Source: Octopus bimaculoides
Lineage: Eukaryota
Length of the DNA: 32,892 nt
Direction: 5' to 3'
Assembly (NCBI RefSeq): GCF_001194135.2
Contig: NC_068987.1
Location: forward strand, 59,379,402-59,412,293
How positions within the stretch are numbered: the stretch's first letter is position 1; each line of letters opens with the position of its first letter. A model generated the notes under the pieces. The model was not told the origin of the DNA and searched no databases. It saw only the letters and a program-made list of their open reading frames with translations. The translations under genes were made by a program, and so were the position numbers. This document shows, piece by piece, positions 1 through 10,353 of the stretch.

Positions 1-104
1 TATATATATATATAATATATAATATAATATAAATAATATATAAATATATGCATATATCCAAACATATATGTACATACCTACATCTATATGCATACATACA
101 TGCA

Positions 105-295
105 TATATGGGTACAGGACATCAAAAGAACGTTAAACACAATGAGAAACGAAAACATAGAAAACGAACTTTTTTTCGAACAACGAAAAAACAAAACAAA
201 ACAGAGAAACGAGACATGCAACATAAAGAGTACACCCCTTCGTCACTTGTCCCTGTTTCATGTACTCCGCGTTTCGAAGGCAAGGACAATATTAT
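105..295. mobile_element. Interspersed repeat family F fragment (suspected Penelope-like)
   Basis: CCCCTTCGTCACTTGTCCCTGTTTCATGTACTCCGCGTTTCGAAG resembles 31058-31100 (same orientation) and the reverse complement of 8745-8790. The Penelope assignment is inference. Confidence 0.5.
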
Positions 296-344
296 TATAT
301 GATCGAACGCCATGCATCCTTTTCTAAGTAAGTTTTATCTTAAT

Positions 345-712
345 AATTACGATGCGCACTCTTCTACTATCTCTTCTCTGTCTATCGCTCTCCCTCTCTT
401 GTTCTTCATCCTTTCTGTTCTTCTCTCCCTTTTACCGTTCCCTGTCTCTCTCTCTCTCTCACTTTTTCCTCCTTGATCTCTCGTCGCTGACACGTGACGA
501 AAGGGGATCGTTCTTTCTGTCCACTTCCTTCCTAAAGAAAAGACATGCCTTTCCTGTCTCCTCATGGCTCGTCTACCTAACGTTCATAATAATTTTTTTT
601 ATCGTCTTCGCTCAACAGCCCTCACCGTTTGTTTTTACTGTCTTGTTCTCACTGTCCTGTTCTTGTTAACACTTTCACCCTCCGCAAAAAATCCCAAATT
701 TTATTTAATATG
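345..712. mobile_element. Family F fragment, inverted relative to 105-295
   Basis: Reverse complement AAATAAAATTTGGGATTTTTTGCGGAGGGTGAAAGTGTTAACAAGAACAGGACAGTGAGAACA aligns by eye to 31151-31210 (AAATAAAATTTAGGATTTATGGAGGTCAAAGTTGGGAACAAAAAGACGACAGTGGAGACA). Confidence 0.5.
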
Positions 713-742
713 CTATGAAACATATTGTAGCCCGGATTTCTT

Positions 743-749
743 TTATTAT

Positions 750-801
<52 letters not shown>
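743..801. repeat. (ATT)n(ACT)17 microsatellite directly 5' of a SINE A
   Basis: Direct inspection. Confidence 0.95.
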
Positions 802-802
<1 letters not shown>

Positions 803-803
803 A

Positions 804-1040
804 GGCGGTGAGCTGGCAGAATCGTTAGCACACCGAGCAAAATACTGAATGACATTTCATCCGTCTTGCTATTCTGAGATCAAATTCCGCCGAAGTCGAC
901 TTTGTCTTTCATCGTTTCAGGCTTGATAAAATAAGAACCAGTTGCATATTGGCAGGTGGGAGGAGGAGGCGAAATAATCGACTCATCCCCTCTCCCAAAT
1001 TTTAGGTCTTATGCTTATAATACAAAACATTATTATTAGT
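804..1040 (+). mobile_element. SINE family A (tRNA-derived), near full length
   Basis: GGCGGTGAGCTGGCAGAATCGTTAGCA head (A-box-like), GAGATCAAATTCC (B-box-like), central GTCGACTTTG..TTTCATC..GATAAAATAAG block and ATT tail. Many homologous copies in the window. Confidence 0.9.
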
Positions 1041-1354
1041 ATTTTTCTTTTCTCGTAATTTTAGTCAACCAGATCAATCCAGTCACGCCGTCATGCTGAT
1101 GCAATGCGAAGCACGTTACTTATTTATTTGAATGTAAATTGAAACGATTGTAGGCAATGTTAATTAATAAAAATTAATTTATATACATAATATCTCCACA
1201 TTTTCTTACTTAATAATATTTGATATTTGCACAATATATTTATTGAAGAATTAAATCTTCAAAATATGATATATTAAATCAATGTATCTTGATTAAAACT
1301 AGCCCTGTAAGAGGTTTATATATCCTCATAATGACAGATGACAGTGTGTGTATA

Positions 1355-1542
1355 TATACATTTATTTTAAGAGCTCATTACGGGACTTTTACCCAAATTA
1401 GACTAAACGGATTTGTATGTATGTATGTATGTATGTATGTACGTATGTATGTATACATGCATGTATGTATGTATGTATGTATGTATGTATGTATGATCAT
1501 AATCTCAATACATTCTGGCAGATATTTTTTTCTTACAAAGTA
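1355..1542 (+). repeat. Copy 1 of ~188-bp direct repeat flanking SINE B
   Basis: TATACATTTATTTTAAGAGCTCATTACGGGACTTTTACCC...(GTAT)n...CATAATCTCAATAC.TTCTGGCAGATATT.TTTTCTTACAAAGTA recurs at 2012-2412. Confidence 0.9.
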
Positions 1543-1684
1543 AGTAGTTTGCTTGCCAACCACATGGTTCTGGGTTCATTCCCACTGCGTGGCACCTTGA
1601 GCAAGTGTCTTCTACTATAGTCTCAGGCCGACCAAAGCCTTGTAAGTGGATCTGGTAGACGGAAACTGAAAGAAGCCCGTCGTA

Positions 1685-1731
<47 letters not shown>

Positions 1732-2011
1732 TTGTGTGTGTATGTGTGTGTGTGTATGTGTGTGTGTGTGTATGTGTGTGTGTGTGTGTATGTTTGTGTG
1801 TCTGTGTTTGTCCCCCCCAACATCGCTTGACAACCGATGCTGGTGTGTTTACGTCTCCGTAACTTAGCGGTTCGGAAAAAGAGACCGATAGAATAAGTAC
1901 TAGGCTTCCAAAGAATAAGTCCTGGGGTCGATTTGCTTGACTAAAGGCCGTGCTCCAGCATGGCCACAGTCAAATGACTGAAACAAGCAAAAGACTAAAA
2001 GAGTAAGAGAG
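1540..2011 (+). mobile_element. SINE family B (tRNA head + CORE-like block + internal TA/TG microsatellite + 3' half), slightly 5'-truncated
   Basis: GTGGCACCTTGAGCAAGTGTCTTCTAC resembles the CORE-SINE core (ACCTTGGGCAAGT). The internal (TA)n(TG)n and the tail GACTGAAACAAG(AAAAGAGT)n are shared with the copies at 5632, 11903 and 19189. Confidence 0.9.
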
Positions 2012-2412
2012 TATACATTTATTTTAAGAGCTCATTACGGGACTTTTACCCAAATTAAACTAAACGGATTTGTATGTATGTATGTATGCATGCATGCATG
2101 TATGTATGTTAGAATCCACAGTGAGCAGAACTTACTTGCAGGTATTGGTGGTGCAAATCAGAGGTGCAATCTGTGTGGGTGTTTTTTCAAAACACTGTCT
2201 GGTTTAAAAAGCCACATCAGACGCCATGAACGGGCTAAGGTGTAGGTGCAGGAGGTGGTCAAACTCTGTGTAAGGAGTAGACAACCACCAATGTATATAT
2301 GTATGTATGCATGCATGCATGCATGCATGTATGTATGTATGTATGTATGTATGTATGTATGTATGCTCATAATCTCAATACGTTCTGGCAGATATTGTTT
2401 TCTTACAAAGTA
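2012..2412 (+). repeat. Copy 2 of the direct repeat, interrupted by a LINE fragment
   Basis: Matches 1355-1542 with 4 substitutions in the ~108 non-microsatellite bases. Confidence 0.9.
2111..2290 (+). mobile_element. 5'-truncated RTE-like LINE 3' end with C-terminal C2H2 zinc finger
   Basis: 2111-2245 translates RIHSEQNLLAGIGGANQRCNLCGCFFKTLSGLKSHIRRHERAKV* (C-x2-C-x12-H-x3-H), followed by a ~45-nt 3' UTR running into (ATGT)n. RTE-type ORFs typically end in C..C...F....GL.SH.R.H. Confidence 0.7.
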
Positions 2413-2779
2413 TCTGTAGTCAAATTAAAAAAATAGATAAATTTTTTGAGACTAGATTTTTTTTTTTGTTATGATTTAAATAATTTCAAGATGCCAATAG
2501 TTTGCTTGCCGCAGAGAAGATTACCCTGCTTCTTTTGACACCTGAAACCAGTAATTTTACTAACCAAGTGTCATGTGTGTAAAGAAAGAAGGGTAATTAG
2601 TAAAAAGTTTGATGAATCTCAAGCTACTGTTCACAGAAGTGTTAAATGTTTAATAGTTGACAAACATGAAATGGGTGTCAACTATGAACGTTTTCTGACG
2701 AGGAAGATGGTTTTTTAAAATTTATTTTTTGGAAGTGTCTCGTAATGTCTCTTACTAGGATCGTCACTAAATCATGGAG

Positions 2780-2831
2780 TTTTTATTTTATTTTATTTTT
2801 ATTTTATTTTATTTTTATTTTATTTTATTTT
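2780..2831. repeat. (TTTTA)n simple repeat
   Basis: Direct inspection. Confidence 0.9.
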
Positions 2832-3693
2832 GCTCGAGGTTATTTCCTGAGTTTAAACTCTTTCCTTCATTCAAAAATTTTCGAATACAATTTGAACCCG
2901 AGACAGGGATAAGAAATGGATTATGTGCGAGGTGAGTTGTTAAAAGGCTTATAATTTTCGGGCTAATAACTTCATATCAATGGAATTTACGCACACATGC
3001 ACATACATGAATGCAAAACTAATATTTATAAGTGAGTGTATGCGAGTGTTTGCGTACATTTGTGTGCGTGTGTGTGTATGTTTGTGTATGCGCGTGCGTG
3101 CGCGTGTTCGTATGCGTGTGTGTGAGAAAGAGAGAGGGATGAGACAGAAAGAAAGAGAGAAAGAGAGAGAGAGTGTGTATGTTTACGCGCGTGCAATAAT
3201 TTCATCATGCAAATTTTAGTGGCCAGAACTGATTTATAACACTTTCTATCAATATATGAAAAAATAACTGTCAATTGATCAAATAAGCTTGTTTAGTCTA
3301 TACTGTGCTGATGAGGTCTAATAGATAGGAACATGTTCAAAGTTCTCCCTTCCTGAAAATTAAGATCGGATTTTTCTTCTCCAAAACATGTAACTCTGAG
3401 AAATTCATTCCAAATTTCATGAATCTGTAATTTCAACAAATTATTTTTAGCCATTCTTTAACTCTGACCGCGTAATGATGTTAATTATCCATAAAAAATA
3501 GAATTGATATTTTCTACTTCTGTAATACTTTTTCAGTATTTCCTGTGGGTACGGTTTTCATATTCAGCACTAAAAGTATTTGATTCTTGTTCTGTAAAAA
3601 GACATTTAATGAAATATGTGGAAAAAAATTAAGAAAATCTGAAAAATTACCTCTTATTAAATGTGTCACTGGGGATTTCTTCACTTCTCGCAG

Positions 3694-3723
3694 CCCGAGG
3701 AGAGATTTTACAAAACCGAGGAG
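3694..3723 (+). CDS. Candidate 30-nt internal exon, unknown gene
   Basis: Acceptor TTTCTTCACTTCTCGCAG| and donor GAG|GTAAAG; length is a multiple of 3 and all frames are open. Splice-signal evidence only. Confidence 0.25.
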
Positions 3724-3943
3724 GTAAAGCTACTTTCCGTAGTTAACAATAATAAAATTTTGAGCAGATATATCCGCTTTCCACGTTCATAAGTTTAACT
3801 TAATTATCCAAGTTCATAGCATTGAGCTACTTACTTTGGTTCATTCTACTTTTTTTAAAAGTTATATTACATTTACAATTACATCATATTTTGATCGATT
3901 TAATTGAAATCTAGATCAGAATTCAATACACAACGCACACATA

Positions 3944-4105
3944 AGCAGCTGATTGATGGAATCGTTAACGTGTCGGATAGATTGATTTTTGGTAATCGTT
4001 CCGGCTCTCTCTATTCTGCCTTCAAATTCCATTGAGGACGTCTTTGCTTTTTATCTTTAAGGGCTCGAAAGTTATCTTTAAGTGGTCAATAAATAAAGTA
4101 CTAGA
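3944..4105 (+). mobile_element. Degenerate SINE A
   Basis: GAATCGTTAAC...TTCAAATTCC..GAGG.CG.CTTTGCTTTT...GGTCAATAAATAAAGTACTAG match the family A blocks. Confidence 0.6.
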
Positions 4106-4170
4106 CCTGTTCTAGAATAGTTTATTCTCTTACCTTTACTCTTTCTTCCTGTTTGACTTTCTCTGATCAG

Positions 4171-4361
4171 GAAGAAATAGGCTGTTGTCAGACCTAGAGT
4201 GGAGTAGGCACCGCCATATCAAAAAGGAATCCGAGACATGCCGTATGTCACAACTTCGCTCCAGCGACTCCAGCAAAGAGTCGAGGGGCCAAATCAAGTC
4301 AAGACAGAACATGACAAAGTACATATCCAGGGATAAGACGACCGATGACGACTGGAAATGA
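4171..4361 (+). CDS. Candidate terminal coding exon, unknown product
   Basis: About 45-nt pyrimidine tract ending TCTCTGATCAG|. One frame is open for 62 codons (RNRLLSDLEWSRHRHIKKESETCRMSQLRSSDSSKESRGQIKSRQNMTKYISRDKTTDDDWK*, TGA at 4359-4361) and is GC-richer than its flanks. No recognised homology. Confidence 0.3.
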
Positions 4362-4386
4362 ACTATATGATACGCAGTGCTGACAT

Positions 4387-4419
4387 GTGGGTGTGTTGTG
4401 TTGTGTGTGTGTGTGTGTG

Positions 4420-4465
<46 letters not shown>
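4387..4465. repeat. (GT)n microsatellite
   Basis: Direct inspection. Confidence 0.95.
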
Positions 4466-4469
<4 letters not shown>

Positions 4470-4653
4470 CGTTCCTTTAATCATTGCCTGCCACCAAGCC
4501 TGGTGTGTACCATCATCCTGCACTTATATATCTCAAACTATCTCTCTTTTATTCTCTCTTCTTTCTCTCTCTCCTTTAAGTGTGACTGAAAAAAGATCAA
4601 CCAGCCAACCAACCAACACAAATGCAAGTATAATTCAGAGAGGAGAGGAAAGC

Positions 4654-4704
4654 AGAAGAAGAAGAAGAAGAAGAAGAAGAAGAAGAAGAAGAAGAAGAAG
4701 AAGA
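4654..4704. repeat. (GAA)~17 microsatellite
   Basis: Direct inspection. Confidence 0.95.
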
Positions 4705-5470
4705 ATCGATACCAGTACTTGGCTGGTACTTTAACGAAAGGCAAATTTGTCTATGCCCAGATTTGAACACTGTTCGCAGAGAGCCGAACTGCATACTGCA
4801 GAACATTGTATAAGAATCTTTAACGATTCAGCTAAGCCACTACTTTGATAATGAGAGAGATATTAATATTAATTTCACATTTTGTCACAAAGCCAGCAAT
4901 TTCGAGGGAGGGGCTAAATCGATTATATCGATCCAAGTGCTCGACGAGTACTTATTTTTATCGATCCCGAAAGAGATGAAAGCCAAAGTTGACCTCGGGG
5001 TAATTTGGACTCAGAGCATAACAACAGACGAAATGCTTCTTAACATTTTGCCCAGCGTGCTAATGATTCTGCCAGAGTTCGCTGCCCTGGAGGACATTAA
5101 TATTGGTTGCGTATTTTGGCACAAAAACTAGAAATTTTTGTAGGGGTAGGTGGGTAAGTCCATTATATCGACCTCAGTACACTTATTTTTTATCACCCCC
5201 ACCCCAAAGGACCAAAGGCAAAGTGGACCTCGGCGGAATTTGAAGGGCATTAACATTGATTTCAAATTTCGACACAAGGCCATCAATTTCGTGGAAGTCG
5301 GTAAGTCAATTACATCGGCTCCAGTACTCAACTGGTGCTTATTTCATCAACCCCGAAAGGGATGAAATGTACGACCCCGGCGGCATTTGAACTCTGAACA
5401 TAAAATCAGAAAAAAAAAATGCCGCTAAGCATTTTGTCCGACGCGATATCGATTCCGCTAACCCGCCGTA
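4705..5470 (-). mobile_element. Cluster of four diverged SINE A copies (about 4705-4838, 4868-5086, 5098-5247, 5250-5470)
   Basis: Repeated reverse-strand blocks such as GTACTTATTT.ATCGA.CCCGAAAG.GATGAAAG.CAAAGT.GACCTCGGC.GAATTTGAACTC and AACGATTC.GC. Confidence 0.8.
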
Positions 5471-5631
5471 TTGAGATACATTAATATTGAGAACAAGATA
5501 GACTAAATATGATGTGGAGAAACTGAAGGTATTGTTAATGTTCATATGTTATTTAATTTTAGACCAAGCTATATATGAACAAGAACATAACTAGACCGTT
5601 CAGCCATAATGATACCGTTTTAATCAGATAC

Positions 5632-5847
5632 TCTCTTTACTTACTTGTTTCAGTCATTTGACTGCGGCCATGCTGGAGCACCGCCATTAGTCGAGCAAAT
5701 CAACCCCAGGACTTATTCTTTGTAAGCCTAGTACTTATTCTGTCGGTCTCTTTTTGCCGAACCGCTAAGTTACGGGGACGCAAACACACCAGCATCGGTT
5801 GTCAAGTGATGGTGGGGGGACAAACGCAGACACACAAACACACACAT

Positions 5848-5882
<35 letters not shown>

Positions 5883-5912
5883 CATACGACAGGCTTCTTT
5901 CAGTTTCCGTCT
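5632..5912 (-). mobile_element. SINE B, running into assembly gap
   Basis: Reverse complement of the 3' half and microsatellite of 1665-2005 (CTTGTTTCAGTCATTTGACTGCGGCCATGCTGGAGCACCGCC...GGCTTCTTTCAGTTTCCGTCT). Confidence 0.9.
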
Positions 5913-6665
5913 NNNNNNNNNNNNNNNNNNNNNNNNNNNNNNNNNNNNNNNNNNNNNNNNNNNNNNNNNNNNNNNNNNNNNNNNNNNNNNNNNNNNNNNN
6001 NNNNNNNNNNNNNNNNNNNNNNNNNNNNNNNNNNNNNNNNNNNNNNNNNNNNNNNNNNNNNNNNNNNNNNNNNNNNNNNNNNNNNNNNNNNNNNNNNNNN
6101 NNNNNNNNNNNNNNNNNNNNNNNNNNNNNNNNNNNNNNNNNNNNNNNNNNNNNNNNNNNNNNNNNNNNNNNNNNNNNNNNNNNNNNNNNNNNNNNNNNNN
6201 NNNNNNNNNNNNNNNNNNNNNNNNNNNNNNNNNNNNNNNNNNNNNNNNNNNNNNNNNNNNNNNNNNNNNNNNNNNNNNNNNNNNNNNNNNNNNNNNNNNN
6301 NNNNNNNNNNNNNNNNNNNNNNNNNNNNNNNNNNNNNNNNNNNNNNNNNNNNNNNNNNNNNNNNNNNNNNNNNNNNNNNNNNNNNNNNNNNNNNNNNNNN
6401 NNNNNNNNNNNNNNNNNNNNNNNNNNNNNNNNNNNNNNNNNNNNNNNNNNNNNNNNNNNNNNNNNNNNNNNNNNNNNNNNNNNNNNNNNNNNNNNNNNNN
6501 NNNNNNNNNNNNNNNNNNNNNNNNNNNNNNNNNNNNNNNNNNNNNNNNNNNNNNNNNNNNNNNNNNNNNNNNNNNNNNNNNNNNNNNNNNNNNNNNNNNN
6601 NNNNNNNNNNNNNNNNNNNNNNNNNNNNNNNNNNNNNNNNNNNNNNNNNNNNNNNNNNNNNNNNN

Positions 6666-6960
6666 NGAGCAAAAACACCTAAAGCTCCACGAGGTTCCGG
6701 CAGGGGATGGTGGCGAACCCTGCTGTACTCTTTCACCACAACTTTCTCTCATTCTTACTTCCTGTTTCTGTTGTGCCTGTAATTCAAAGGGCCAGCCTTG
6801 TCACACTGTGTCACGCTGAATATCCCCGAGAACTACGTTAAGGGTACACGTGTCTGTGGAGTGCTCAGTCACTTGCACGTTAATTTCACGAGCAAACTGT
6901 TCCGTTGATCGGATCAACTGGAACCCTCGACGTCGTAAGCGACGGAGTGCCAACAACAAC
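6666..6960 (+). mobile_element. Retroposon-like repeat (family D) 3' portion with (CAA)n tail
   Basis: GC-richer block ending GGAACCCTCGACGTCGTAAGCGACGGAGTGCCAACAACAAC. Recalled as a common octopus interspersed repeat, but present once here, so not verifiable internally. Confidence 0.5.
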
Positions 6961-7188
6961 GACCATACCAGCTTTGATCCAGAGAAACTGTATCTAAGAC
7001 TATATTATAGAGCGTGTCCTTTCATTTGAAAGACGATATGTTTCAATTTTAAGGGGAGATTTCGCTGCTATTTAGCGACTACGTGCAGCCTTAGCCCTCT
7101 ACTGCCGCTTCATTGTCTCGTGTTAGTGTTGGTAGTGTTGAAAGAAACGTAATTGTCGGTGGAGGTTGCGGATTCAGGTAACATTAGT

Positions 7189-7501
7189 GATGATGATGAT
7201 GATGATGATGATGATTATCATCATCATCATCATCATGATTGAGATGACCACCACCACGACAGCCACGACGATGATGGTAGTGGTTTGGTGATTCTGTGGT
7301 TGTCGCAGATGGTGGTGTTGATCGTGCTGGTGGCGGCGTCGATTATGCAGCTCTTGCTGCTGTTGCGCTACTTCTACAGCTGATGATGGTGATGATGATG
7401 ACGACGACGATGACGATGATGATGATGATGATGATGATGATGGTGATGATGAAGATGATGATTACGCTCGTGGTGGCAGCGGCGCTGGTGGCGGCGAAGG
7501 C
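7189..7501. repeat. Compound (GAT)n/(CAT)n/(GGT)n low-complexity tract
   Basis: Direct inspection; source of the poly-M/poly-H pseudo-ORFs. Confidence 0.9.
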
Positions 7502-8344
7502 NNNNNNNNNNNNNNNNNNNNNNNNNNNNNNNNNNNNNNNNNNNNNNNNNNNNNNNNNNNNNNNNNNNNNNNNNNNNNNNNNNNNNNNNNNNNNNNNNNN
7601 NNNNNNNNNNNNNNNNNNNNNNNNNNNNNNNNNNNNNNNNNNNNNNNNNNNNNNNNNNNNNNNNNNNNNNNNNNNNNNNNNNNNNNNNNNNNNNNNNNNN
7701 NNNNNNNNNNNNNNNNNNNNNNNNNNNNNNNNNNNNNNNNNNNNNNNNNNNNNNNNNNNNNNNNNNNNNNNNNNNNNNNNNNNNNNNNNNNNNNNNNNNN
7801 NNNNNNNNNNNNNNNNNNNNNNNNNNNNNNNNNNNNNNNNNNNNNNNNNNNNNNNNNNNNNNNNNNNNNNNNNNNNNNNNNNNNNNNNNNNNNNNNNNNN
7901 NNNNNNNNNNNNNNNNNNNNNNNNNNNNNNNNNNNNNNNNNNNNNNNNNNNNNNNNNNNNNNNNNNNNNNNNNNNNNNNNNNNNNNNNNNNNNNNNNNNN
8001 NNNNNNNNNNNNNNNNNNNNNNNNNNNNNNNNNNNNNNNNNNNNNNNNNNNNNNNNNNNNNNNNNNNNNNNNNNNNNNNNNNNNNNNNNNNNNNNNNNNN
8101 NNNNNNNNNNNNNNNNNNNNNNNNNNNNNNNNNNNNNNNNNNNNNNNNNNNNNNNNNNNNNNNNNNNNNNNNNNNNNNNNNNNNNNNNNNNNNNNNNNNN
8201 NNNNNNNNNNNNNNNNNNNNNNNNNNNNNNNNNNNNNNNNNNNNNNNNNNNNNNNNNNNNNNNNNNNNNNNNNNNNNNNNNNNNNNNNNNNNNNNNNNNN
8301 NNNNNNNNNNNNNNNNNNNNNNNNNNNNNNNNNNNNNNNNNNNN

Positions 8345-8480
8345 TATATATATATATATATATATATCCATACACACATACATACATGTATATATATATA
8401 TCATACACGCGTCCGCTCACACACTTGCATAATACGTATGTATGTATGCATATAAACATATATATGTAAGCATATGTATC

Positions 8481-8511
<31 letters not shown>

Positions 8512-8711
8512 CGTGCGTGCGTGTGTGTGTGTGTGTGTATATTTGCGTATTTATGTTTATATGTATATTTAAATGCATACATATATCACATAACATAATA
8601 TAACACACACACATATGTATATATGAATATACAGAGAGGGAGCAGCAGAAAGATTGATAAATAGATTGATATATAGATATACATATTCATATACATACAC
8701 AAATATTCATA

Positions 8712-8750
<39 letters not shown>

Positions 8751-8944
8751 GCTGATGAAGGGGATGTTTCTATGTGGCCTGCTTGTTTGTTGCACCTTGT
8801 TTACCATTTTGTCCTTGTTCTTTTGCCACGTCATGTACCCAGTTATGTATCTATATGTACATGTAGATGAACGTATATACATACATGTACATATATATGC
8901 ATATACTCATATATTGTTTATATATATATATATATATATATAAC

Positions 8945-8979
<35 letters not shown>

Positions 8980-9262
8980 CAAATAGATACATTTGTAAAC
9001 ATGCACGTATATAAATGGAAAGAGTAAGAGGCGAAATGACAGATTTGCTTCTCGTACAGGATGCACGGGAGGATGTGAGGGTTCTCACTATGATCTATAG
9101 AATGAGGGAGAGAGAGAGAAAAGAAAGTATTCTAGCTCTCTCCCTCTCCCTAAACACCCCCATATACATACATGCATACATACATACATATATACACACA
9201 CACATATATATATATATATGTATATTTATATATATACGTATATATATATATACATATACATG

Positions 9263-9309
<47 letters not shown>
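8345..9309. repeat. Compound TA/TG/AG/ATAC microsatellite field between two gaps
   Basis: Direct inspection. Confidence 0.9.
8745..8880. mobile_element. Family F fragment
   Basis: CAGCTGATGAAGGGGATGTTTCTATGT...GTCATGTACCCAGTTATG resembles the reverse complement of 105-250. Confidence 0.5.
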
Positions 9310-10353
9310 NNNNNNNNNNNNNNNNNNNNNNNNNNNNNNNNNNNNNNNNNNNNNNNNNNNNNNNNNNNNNNNNNNNNNNNNNNNNNNNNNNNNNNNNNNN
9401 NNNNNNNNNNNNNNNNNNNNNNNNNNNNNNNNNNNNNNNNNNNNNNNNNNNNNNNNNNNNNNNNNNNNNNNNNNNNNNNNNNNNNNNNNNNNNNNNNNNN
9501 NNNNNNNNNNNNNNNNNNNNNNNNNNNNNNNNNNNNNNNNNNNNNNNNNNNNNNNNNNNNNNNNNNNNNNNNNNNNNNNNNNNNNNNNNNNNNNNNNNNN
9601 NNNNNNNNNNNNNNNNNNNNNNNNNNNNNNNNNNNNNNNNNNNNNNNNNNNNNNNNNNNNNNNNNNNNNNNNNNNNNNNNNNNNNNNNNNNNNNNNNNNN
9701 NNNNNNNNNNNNNNNNNNNNNNNNNNNNNNNNNNNNNNNNNNNNNNNNNNNNNNNNNNNNNNNNNNNNNNNNNNNNNNNNNNNNNNNNNNNNNNNNNNNN
9801 NNNNNNNNNNNNNNNNNNNNNNNNNNNNNNNNNNNNNNNNNNNNNNNNNNNNNNNNNNNNNNNNNNNNNNNNNNNNNNNNNNNNNNNNNNNNNNNNNNNN
9901 NNNNNNNNNNNNNNNNNNNNNNNNNNNNNNNNNNNNNNNNNNNNNNNNNNNNNNNNNNNNNNNNNNNNNNNNNNNNNNNNNNNNNNNNNNNNNNNNNNNN
10001 NNNNNNNNNNNNNNNNNNNNNNNNNNNNNNNNNNNNNNNNNNNNNNNNNNNNNNNNNNNNNNNNNNNNNNNNNNNNNNNNNNNNNNNNNNNNNNNNNNNN
10101 NNNNNNNNNNNNNNNNNNNNNNNNNNNNNNNNNNNNNNNNNNNNNNNNNNNNNNNNNNNNNNNNNNNNNNNNNNNNNNNNNNNNNNNNNNNNNNNNNNNN
10201 NNNNNNNNNNNNNNNNNNNNNNNNNNNNNNNNNNNNNNNNNNNNNNNNNNNNNNNNNNNNNNNNNNNNNNNNNNNNNNNNNNNNGATTATCTTGGTGATG
10301 ATGGTAGGGTGGATAGGGATATTGATATGTAGCGTTGTTGATTCGATGGCGGC

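Noticed and set aside
1090-1120. CTGATGCAATGCGAAGCACGTTA hammerhead-like motif
   Set aside because: It needs a deletion and a core substitution, and there is no stem I.
1289-2370. MYVC/HTYI/HTHT-type ORFs here and throughout the window
   Set aside because: They are translations of (GTAT)n, (CA)n, (TA)n, (ATT)n and similar repeats.
2540-2720. ATG-less ~60-codon frame with CHVC
   Set aside because: No recognisable family, weak acceptor, and phase incompatible with the downstream candidates.
4134-4340. Minus-strand MFS-transporter-like peptide bits (GRLIPG, DLAP, RIPF, FFLIRES) and a 60-nt minus exon 4134-4193
   Set aside because: The motifs lie in different frames with stops and are far too closely spaced, and the donor is a likely by-product of the + strand pyrimidine tract. 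Kept only as an alternative.
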